From Tepidisphaera sp. (GTDB taxonomy: Bacteria > Planctomycetota > Phycisphaerae > Phycisphaerales > UBA1924): DNA of 64,000 nucleotides. Made by a program: the position numbers and the translations under genes. The DNA is taken from contig CP051526.1 of assembly GCA_050916045.1 (NCBI GenBank), forward strand, positions 2,880,001 to 2,944,000, written 5' to 3'. Each line of letters begins with the position of its first letter. Position 1 is the stretch's first letter. Below are positions 43,358-51,059 of this stretch, piece by piece. Below the pieces are notes generated by a model. That model ran no database searches. It was not told the origin of the DNA and worked only from the letters and a program-made list of their open reading frames with translations.

Positions 43358-43627
43358 ATGGCTCTTTCGACCGCTCAGCGTGCAACAACCCGGACCTCTT
43401 TCCGCCGCCACGAGAAGGACTCGGGTTCTCCCGAAGTCCAGATCGCTCTGCTGACCGCGCGGATCACGCAGGTCGCCGGGCATCTCAAGGACCACGACAA
43501 GGACAACCACGGCCGCCGCGGTCTGGTCCTGATGGTCGGACGCCGCAACAAGCTCCTCAAGTACCTCGCGCGGACCAACCCCGAGGACTACCAGAAGCTG
43601 ATCTCCAAGCTCGGCCTCCGCAAGTAA
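43358..43627 (+). CDS. rpsO: 30S ribosomal protein S15
   Basis: [13 protein letters not shown]...KDNHGRRGL...LGLRK, 89 aa. Confidence 0.98.
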   Translation: MALSTAQRATTRTSFRRHEKDSGSPEVQIALLTARITQVAGHLKDHDKDNHGRRGLVLMVGRRNKLLKYLARTNPEDYQKLISKLGLRK

Positions 43628-43640
43628 CGCCGAACACCCA

Positions 43641-43678
43641 CGGCCCGATGCCCACAAGGCGTCGGGCCGCTTCGTTTC
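43641..43678 (+). terminator. Hairpin or terminator after rpsO
   Basis: CGGCCCGATGCC-CACAA-GGCGTCGGGCCG followed by CTTCGTTTC. Confidence 0.65.
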
Positions 43679-43941
43679 TGTCTGTCCACTGTCTTAGGCA
43701 CGCCCCCCAGCTCCTCGAGCGGTTTGGGCAGCGGGCACGGACCAGTCACCCTCGTCTGGCGGGTTTTGCCGGGCAAGGCTTCGCGACTGATTCATGCCCT
43801 CTGCCTCGCGTCTCGGGAAACGTTGGGTGCGTGCGGCCTCCAGATCGCCCTTTCTCCCCCGTCCGGACGTGATGTTCGGGGGACGAAATCGGCAGGATCC
43901 GGACGGCACACACAAAGGCCGGCTCTTCCGCCGGTGCACCT

Positions 43942-46179
43942 ATGTCGGAATTTTCCCCCCTCCCTGGCGCGATGCCCTTTGGCATCCATTCACTCCCCGG
44001 CACGACCGTCGTCAAACGCGACATCGGCGGCCGCACGCTGACGCTCGAGACCGGCGTCGTCGGCAAGCTCGCCGGCGCGACGATCCTCGCCACCTACGGC
44101 GGGACGACCGTCCTCGCGTCCGTGCTCCGCGCTCCGCCCCGCGAGGGCATCGACTTCTTCCCGCTGACGGTCGACTACCGCGAGCGCACCAGCGCCGTGG
44201 GCAAGTTCCCCGGCGGCTTCAAGAAGCGTGAAGGCCCGCCCTCCGAGAAAGAAATCCTGACCATGCGGATGATCGATCGCCCGATCCGTCCGCTCTTCCC
44301 CGACGGGTACATCGACGAGGTGCTGATCCAGGTCTTCGTGCTCAGCCACGACGCCGAGAACGATTCCGACGTCCTCGCCGGCGTCGCGGCTTCGGCCGCC
44401 CTGGCGATCTCGGACATCCCCTTCGAGGGTCCGATCGCGACGGTCCGCGTCGGCCGCATCCACACCGAGACGGGCCCGCAGTTCGTGGTCAACCCCACGG
44501 TCTCGCAGCTTGATTTCTCCGATCTTGACCTCGTCCTCTCGGGCCACTCCGACGGCGTGAACATGATCGAGGTCGGCGCCGCCGAGCTCTCCGACGAGGT
44601 CGTCCACGCGTCCATCGAGTTCGGCTACGGCCAGATCAAGGAAGTCCTCGGCCTCATCAACGAGCTCGTCGGCAAGGTCGGCAAGCCCAAGGTTCAGGGC
44701 GAGCTCATGCTCCCCTCCGCGGAGATCACGGCGAAGATCGCCAAGCTCTGCGAGAAGGAGATGATCGAAGCCCGCAAGATCAAGAGCAAGCGCGAACGCA
44801 ACGACAAGGTCGATGCCCTCCGCAAAGCCACCCTCGACGCCAACTTCGCCCTCAACGCTACCGGCACCTACGCCCAGTACCAGGAATCCCTCAAGGCCCG
44901 CACGCAGGCCAAGGAAGCCTTCAAGCGCCTCGAGGAGAAGATCACCCGCCGCCTCATCGTCGAGGAAGGCATCCGCGCCGACGGCCGCAAAGCCACCGAG
45001 CTCCGCAAGATCGAGTCCGCCGTCGGCATCTTCCAGCGCACCCACGGCTCCGCCTGGTTCCAGCGCGGCGAGACGCAGAGCCTCTGCTCGGTCACCCTCG
45101 GCACCGGCAAGGATGAGCAGATCATCGACGGCCTGCTCCCCGAGTACACCAAGAAGTTCACCCTTCACTACAACTTCCCCCCGATGAGCACCGGCGAGGT
45201 CAAGCGCATCAGCGCCCCCGGCCGCCGCGAAATCGGCCACGGTTCGCTCGCGGAGCGCTCGCTCCTGGCGATCCTCCCCAGCCCGGACGAATTCCCCTAC
45301 ACCATCCGCGTCGTCTCCGACATCACCGAGTCCAACGGCTCTTCGTCGATGGCTTCGGTCTGCGGCGGCTGCCTGGCCCTCATGGACGCCGGCGTGCCGA
45401 TCAAAGCGACCTGCGCCGGCATCTCGGTCGGCCGCTTCAGCAACGACGACAACACCAAGGAGCTCTTCGTCACCGACATCATCGGCGAGGAGGACTTCTT
45501 CGGCGACATGGACTTCAAGGTCTCCGGCACCCGCGAGGGCATCACCGGCATCCAGCTCGACCTCAAGACCCGCGGCCTCAATCTTGACCAGATCAAGAAG
45601 ATCTTCGCCCAAGCGAAGGTCGGCCGCCTCGACATCATCGAGATCATGGAGCGGTGCATCGCCAAGCCCCGCGCCGACATCAGCATGCTCGCCCCGCGTC
45701 TGGTCACCATCCAGATCGACCCCGAGAAGATCGGCAAGCTCATCGGCCCCGGCGGCAAGATGATCCGCGCCATCCAGGAGCGGTGGCAGGTCACCATCGA
45801 CGTCGAGGACGACGGCAAGGTCCAGGTCGCGTCCGCCAACGGCGAAAACCTCGCCGGCGCACGCTCTGAGATCGAAGCTCTCTGCGAAGAGATCAAGGTG
45901 GGCACCGTCTACACCGGCAAGGTCGTCTCCATGAAGGACTTCGGCGCCTTCATCGAGCTCGCCCCCGGCACAGACGGCATGTGCCACATCTCCGAACTCG
46001 CCGACGGCTTCATCAAGAGCGTCACCGAGGTCGTGAAGCTCGGCGACATGGTCAAGGTCAAGGTCATCAACATCGACGACCAGGGACGCATCAAGCTCAG
46101 TCGCAAAGCCGTCATCCAGGACGAGAAAAAGGCCACTGGCGGCGCGACGGGCACTCCCGCCGAGCCCGCCAAGGCTTAA
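43942..46179 (+). CDS. pnp: Polyribonucleotide nucleotidyltransferase
   Basis: FFPLTVDYRE, RREIGHG, SNGSSSMAS, GDMDFKV, KH and S1 domains; follows rpsO. Confidence 0.98.
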   Translation: MSEFSPLPGAMPFGIHSLPGTTVVKRDIGGRTLTLETGVVGKLAGATILATYGGTTVLASVLRAPPREGIDFFPLTVDYRERTSAVGKFPGGFKKREGPPSEKEILTMRMIDRPIRPLFPDGYIDEVLIQVFVLSHDAENDSDVLAGVAASAALAISDIPFEGPIATVRVGRIHTETGPQFVVNPTVSQLDFSDLDLVLSGHSDGVNMIEVGAAELSDEVVHASIEFGYGQIKEVLGLINELVGKVGKPKVQGELMLPSAEITAKIAKLCEKEMIEARKIKSKRERNDKVDALRKATLDANFALNATGTYAQYQESLKARTQAKEAFKRLEEKITRRLIVEEGIRADGRKATELRKIESAVGIFQRTHGSAWFQRGETQSLCSVTLGTGKDEQIIDGLLPEYTKKFTLHYNFPPMSTGEVKRISAPGRREIGHGSLAERSLLAILPSPDEFPYTIRVVSDITESNGSSSMASVCGGCLALMDAGVPIKATCAGISVGRFSNDDNTKELFVTDIIGEEDFFGDMDFKVSGTREGITGIQLDLKTRGLNLDQIKKIFAQAKVGRLDIIEIMERCIAKPRADISMLAPRLVTIQIDPEKIGKLIGPGGKMIRAIQERWQVTIDVEDDGKVQVASANGENLAGARSEIEALCEEIKVGTVYTGKVVSMKDFGAFIELAPGTDGMCHISELADGFIKSVTEVVKLGDMVKVKVINIDDQGRIKLSRKAVIQDEKKATGGATGTPAEPAKA

Positions 46180-46214
46180 GTCTCGGCTTCTTGACAACTT
46201 GTGAACATCCAACC

Positions 46215-46246
46215 AAACCCCCGGGCTCCAGCAGCCCGGGGTTTTT
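46215..46246 (+). terminator. Rho-independent terminator of pnp
   Basis: CCCCGGGCT-CCAGC-AGCCCGGGG-TTTTT. Confidence 0.85.
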
Positions 46247-46308
46247 CATCGTTTTGTCCGTTTTCGACTCTGAAACCGGATTCAGGGGATAGTTCTTCCA
46301 CCCGCGTG

Positions 46309-46337
46309 TTGCACAAAGTGGCAATCCCTGTTAGATT
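46309..46337 (+). promoter_or_regulatory. Sigma70 promoter of csp copy 1
   Basis: TTGCAC-N17-TAGATT with extended -10 TG. Confidence 0.65.
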
Positions 46338-46495
46338 GACTGCTCGTGTGGGTGGCGTCAACCAAGCCGGGCCGCTGGCCGGCAGACGCCCAGACCCCAG
46401 CGGACCAGGTCCCGGAGGGAGAAACCCGGGTTGTGACATCGCGGATGCGTTCGGGAGGAGGCCCCGCACGCATCGTGCGTCAAGCGGCGGCGTCA

Positions 46496-46519
46496 CAGCC
46501 CCCCGAGATGTTCGGGGGT
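46496..46519 (+). repeat. 24-bp direct repeat, copy 1
   Basis: CAGCCCCCCGAGATGTTCGGGGGT, identical at 48649-48672. Confidence 0.92.
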
Positions 46520-46524
46520 AGGCC

Positions 46525-46878
46525 ATGGATGAGCTTGCGTCAGGTCGTTCTCTGGATCGACAATTCCTCGATGGGCAAACGCCCCAGCGGCCCGAAAACG
46601 GGCCCAAGCCGGATATCGAAAACGCCGAAGGGCCGGTCAAGTGGTTCGATCCCCGAAAGGGCTTCGGTTTCATCACCGGACCTGAGGGACAGGACATCTT
46701 CGCGCACTTTTCCATCATCGAGGGCGACGGCTTCCGCGTCCTGAAGGATGGAAGCCGCGTCATTTATGACGCCGTGAAGACGGACAAGGGATGGAAAGCC
46801 CTCCGCGTCAGGCGCGTCGAAGAGACCGACGTCGTCGTCACTCTCCGCCGGACATACACCCGCACCCCGCGACGCTGA
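46525..46878 (+). CDS. Cold-shock domain protein, copy 1
   Basis: GPVKWFDPRKGFGFI...DIFAHFS (RNP1/RNP2). Confidence 0.93.
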   Translation: MDELASGRSLDRQFLDGQTPQRPENGPKPDIENAEGPVKWFDPRKGFGFITGPEGQDIFAHFSIIEGDGFRVLKDGSRVIYDAVKTDKGWKALRVRRVEETDVVVTLRRTYTRTPRR

Positions 46879-47033
46879 CCCGCAGCCGCGACTCCAGCCT
46901 CAATCTCCTCCCGACGATCCGCCGGGACGGTTTTCGCTCCCATCACGCGCTTTCCCGAGACGCCAAGCAAAGCCGAACGCCGCGCAAGCATGCCCGCGCG
47001 GCGTCCGACTTAAACTCTGGCTGTCGCTGCTGC

Positions 47034-48650
47034 TCAGCACCCCGTCTCGAACGCCGACACGAAGTCGTCGTAGTCGAAGAAGTCCACGAAGTCGTCCTCG
47101 TTGAAGTCCGCCGAAACGCCCGCAGGGCACACGCCCGTCTCGAAGCACTCAACAAAGTCGTCGTAGTCGAAGAAGTCCACGAACCCGTCCTCGTTGAAGT
47201 CCGCCGAACAGAAGACCGCCCGAACGAAGTTCGGCCCGACCTCAAGGTGGAAGCGAGGCGGAAGCACCACGCTCGACGGGTTGAAGATGATCGAGCCCGA
47301 CTGGACGATCGACCGCTGAAAGCCGTTGACCGGCGAGAACCCGTTCCGCAGCCGCACGTCGATCCTGCCCCGCAGATCCGCCGTCCCGCTCCGAAGGAAG
47401 ACCAGATCCGCTTCGGAGCTTGCTGCCCCCTCGATGTCGATCATCAACGCCCCCGTCGATTGGCCGCTCAACTGCGTGAAGTCGCCGTTGATCGAGATCT
47501 GAGACGTCTCATCACCACCCGGAATGCCGGGAGACACCCTTCCCGCCGACGTCAGCGAGCCATCCACAAGCCCCGCCCCTCGCAGTTCTCCGTTCGTCCC
47601 GATGTTCATCGTCGAGCCGCACCTCACGGTCCCGCCACGAAGCGTCGTCACCGATCCGAGGTTGACGCCGTTGCTGTCGCTGATGGTGAGCAGACCCGAG
47701 ATATCAAGCTCACCGCCGCCGGTGAATCCTGTCGTCGACCCGTCCCCGATCGTCGAGTTCCCGATCAAGGTCATCCGGGCTCCGATGTCGTTCTGCACCT
47801 TCGCCGCGATCGTCCCCGCGCCCGTGAATCCCCCGCCGCTGGCGAAGGTGAACTTCGTTCCGCTCATGCCCTGGCCCACGCCGCTCACCATGCCGCGGAA
47901 GGTCAGCCCGGCTCCCGTCGCCGTCAGCGTCCCGCTGTTCTCCAGGTCGCCGTTCACCACGCCGAACCCGGTCGTGCTCGTGCCCCCAGGCTGACGGAAG
48001 CCGGATGCGCACGAGAGTTCGCCGCCCGCGATCGTCACCACCCGAAGACTCGCCCCGTCCGAATCCTCCAACCGCACACGATGCGAGCCCACATCGAGAT
48101 CCGTGGCAGCGAACCCAGACGCCTCGCCGTTCCCGAGCCTCAGGTCCCCCGTCGCCCCGATCGACGGCCCCGAGAGGATCGAGGCTCGAATCTCACCTGA
48201 CACCGACACGGGCACCGTGCGCCGAAACTCCCTCGCGAGGATACTGCCGTTGGTCATCGTGAGCGAGCCGTTCACCGAGACATCAAACGTCGCGCTCACC
48301 GTCCCGCGATCCAGAACCAGCGACGCCCCGGGAAAGAGAGCAAGCTGGCTCCCGAACGGCCCAGTCAGCTCCAACCGGGCGTCGTTGCGAACCGACACCG
48401 TCCCGCCGGTTTGAATGTTCGCCCCTCCGGCTCGCAGGACGGTGCCAGGGTCCTCCACCGTCACCGACCCGGGACCCGCCCCGGTGCTCACGAAGAGCCC
48501 GGCGCACTCGACCGTGCCCTGAGACCGAACCGCAAGGCGACCGTCGCCAAAGCTGCCGACAAAGATCTCGCCCGAACCGGACGTGCTCAGCGAGGCGCCA
48601 AGCTCCACCGACAGCGCCCCGTCACTCCCGCGAAGAGCGACGGTCTCCCA
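47034..48650 (-). pseudogene. 5'-truncated Gly-rich beta-solenoid surface protein with C-terminal GC-type dockerin-like domain
   Basis: Paralogous to the C-terminal half of 51060-53978; no signal peptide; frame runs into the csp2 leader at about 48650. Confidence 0.7.
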
Positions 48651-48672
48651 GCCCCCCGAGATGTTCGGGGGT
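48649..48672 (+). repeat. 24-bp direct repeat, copy 2
   Basis: Identical to 46496-46519. Confidence 0.92.
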
Positions 48673-48676
48673 TGCC

Positions 48677-49048
48677 ATGGATGAAGTTGCATCGAAAACT
48701 GCCTCAGATCGACAAGTGAATGAAGGCCGGATTTCTCAGGAAGTCGAGCCCAAATCAACCCCCTCGCCACCCGTCAAACCGGACCTGGCGGAGGTGGAGG
48801 GCGCGGTCAAATGGTTCGACCCCAGGAAAGGGTTCGGCTTTATCACAGGCCCCGAAGGCCAGGACATCTTCGCCCACTTCTCCATCATCGAGGGCGACGG
48901 GTTCCGGGTTCTCAAAGACGGCAGCCGCGTCATCTACGACGCTGTCAAGACCGACAAAGGGTGGAAAGCCCTGCGCGTCCGTCGCGTCGAAGACCCCTCC
49001 GTCGTCGTGGTCGCTCGAAGTCCGTACAGCCGAACCCCTCGGCGCTAG
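48677..49048 (+). CDS. Cold-shock domain protein, copy 2
   Basis: Core VKWFDP...RVRRVE identical in amino acids to copy 1; N-terminus diverged. Confidence 0.9.
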   Translation: MDEVASKTASDRQVNEGRISQEVEPKSTPSPPVKPDLAEVEGAVKWFDPRKGFGFITGPEGQDIFAHFSIIEGDGFRVLKDGSRVIYDAVKTDKGWKALRVRRVEDPSVVVVARSPYSRTPRR

Positions 49049-49131
49049 CCGTTGGACCACTGCCCCCGCGGCTCAAACCGCCCTGCGTTCCCATTCGGCG
49101 CGGCGCTGGTGATGCCGTCGGCGTCTGCCCC

Positions 49132-49797
49132 TCAACAGCCTTCTTCGAAACCCGACACAAAGTCGTCGTAGTCGAAGAAGTCGACAAACCCGTCCCCGTT
49201 GAAGTCCGCATCGCTCCGGCACGCGGGCGGCGTGCCCCCCTCGAAGGTGGCGACAAAGTCGCTGTAGTCGAAAAAATCCAGAAACCCATCGCAGTTGAAG
49301 TCAACCGCACACGAGGCGCCGACAAAGTGCGTCGCGTCGTCAAGGTTGATCCACCCGACATTCTCGCCCCACGCGTAGCCGCGAAGGCGAGCGCCCGCAT
49401 CGTCGAACCGGGCCTGCTGCGAAGCGGGGAGCGTCGCGTGCGGCCCGAAGTTCACCCACCCGATGTTCTCGCCCCAGCCAAGCCCCACGAGACGGCCGTC
49501 GCCGAGCACATTCACCCCGGCATCGTCGCCCGACACGTTGGAATACGCCACGCCGTTGCTCGGTGTCGCGTCGCCGAGGTTGAGAGAACCGACATTCTCG
49601 CACCAGACGAAACCGGAGAGGACGTCGAGATTGAAGATCGCGCCCTGAGACCCGACCGGGCTCCCTGCGTCGCGCCAGTTCATCCACCCGACGTTCTCCC
49701 CCCACGAGAACTTGTGGGAAGGGTCGACGTTGGAAGTCTGGGCCGAGGCGGCACCGACAAAGCAGAGAACAGAAAGCACCGGTATGTGCACGTTCAT
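49132..49797 (-). CDS. Secreted protein with WGENxGWxN repeats and GC-type dockerin-like domain
   Basis: Signal ending AASA; four W(G/C)ENxG repeats; two DFNxDGF(L/V)DFFDY loops; terminal GC. Confidence 0.85.
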   Translation of the reverse strand: MNVHIPVLSVLCFVGAASAQTSNVDPSHKFSWGENVGWMNWRDAGSPVGSQGAIFNLDVLSGFVWCENVGSLNLGDATPSNGVAYSNVSGDDAGVNVLGDGRLVGLGWGENIGWVNFGPHATLPASQQARFDDAGARLRGYAWGENVGWINLDDATHFVGASCAVDFNCDGFLDFFDYSDFVATFEGGTPPACRSDADFNGDGFVDFFDYDDFVSGFEEGC

Positions 49798-49858
49798 AGG
49801 GGGACCCTTGAAATTCACTCGTCCAATGATCGACGTACGACGGACCGAACCGCGAGCA

Positions 49859-51004
49859 TCAGTACGTGAAATTGGCGTTGGGGTCGTTGGTGCCAAAGCT
49901 GACCCCGCCGGTGTTCCCGACAATCGCCGCCGACCCCGTGGCGTTGAGCACGAACGCGAAGTTCGCCCCCACGATGTCCCAGTTGTTCACCGTGTTGCCC
50001 GAGCAGGTGTTGCGGGTCAGGATGTTGCCGTTGCCGTCCACGTCGATGCCGCGGTCCGCCCCGATGCAGTTGTTGCCTTCGAGGCGGTTGTCGTTGCCGG
50101 TCACATGGATGTTCGCCCCGTCGCCCGCGCCGTTGCCGTTGACCGAGCATGTGTTGAAGCGGACCACGCAAGAGCTGGTGCACAGAATCCCGTCGGTCGT
50201 GTTGGTCCTCACCACGCACTCGGCCACCGTGCTCCCAAGCCCCGCGCTGATGCCGATGCTGCTGTTGGAGATCGAGCTGCACGCGCTCACCGTGCAGCCG
50301 GCTCCCACCAGAATACCGACACCCTCGCCCGCCCCGGTTCCACCCGTGAACTCCACGGCGCACCCCGTCACCACGCAGTTGTTGCTCGTGAAGATGCCCT
50401 GCCCCGTGTTCAGATGCGCCGCGCAGTTCAGGACCGTCGTTCCCTGGGCGGTCTGGATGCCGCCCGATGCATTCTGGTCCGCCGAGCATTCGGTCACCGT
50501 GCCCCCGCTGCCCGCGAAGATCCCCACCGCGACGTTGCCGCTGGCAAGAACCCCAGCGATTCGACTTCCAAAGGAGACCTGAGACCCCAAGTCCACGCCG
50601 TCGCCGCCCCAGTTGCGGACCGAGCCGTTGACCACGGTGACGTTCCGCAGATTGGGAGTTTCAGCAAAGACGCCGTCCCGCGAGCCGGCGACACCCAGCA
50701 TGTCAAACCCGTTCAGATCCAGCGTCACCCCGCCGCTGGTAATCTTGATGCCGTTTTTCGCGGTCTGCCCCGTGATGTTCCCGGTCAGGTAGTACGAACC
50801 CGGCTGGCTGATCACAAAGAGGCTGTTCGCGTCCCCCGGCGTGTTCGCCTGGCTGATCGCGATCCGAGGCTCGACCTCGCTCAGGGTCTTGAACGTGCTC
50901 GCCACCGGCCCCGCGGGCGGGTCCAGCGGACCCGCCACCAAGAGGCCCGCTGTGGCGAGCAGCGCAAGAGCGGAAATAGAAATGACCGTGCTTTGAACCT
51001 TCAT
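49859..51004 (-). CDS. Secreted right-handed parallel beta-helix protein
   Basis: AGPLDPPAGP, ISQPGSYYLTGNI, VTLDLNGF, Asn/Cys-rich coils. Confidence 0.85.
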   Translation of the reverse strand: MKVQSTVISISALALLATAGLLVAGPLDPPAGPVASTFKTLSEVEPRIAISQANTPGDANSLFVISQPGSYYLTGNITGQTAKNGIKITSGGVTLDLNGFDMLGVAGSRDGVFAETPNLRNVTVVNGSVRNWGGDGVDLGSQVSFGSRIAGVLASGNVAVGIFAGSGGTVTECSADQNASGGIQTAQGTTVLNCAAHLNTGQGIFTSNNCVVTGCAVEFTGGTGAGEGVGILVGAGCTVSACSSISNSSIGISAGLGSTVAECVVRTNTTDGILCTSSCVVRFNTCSVNGNGAGDGANIHVTGNDNRLEGNNCIGADRGIDVDGNGNILTRNTCSGNTVNNWDIVGANFAFVLNATGSAAIVGNTGGVSFGTNDPNANFTY

Positions 51005-51059
51005 GATTGAATTCCTGTGTTTGTGGTTGGTCGGGACATGGTCGGGCGACGCCCCGGGC

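Noticed and set aside
43990..46212. 740-aa minus-strand ORF
   Set aside because: Antisense shadow of pnp
48651..48770. N-terminus of the 47034..48770 ORF as a real start
   Set aside because: It is the antisense of the csp2 leader and start; no signal peptide although paralogues are secreted
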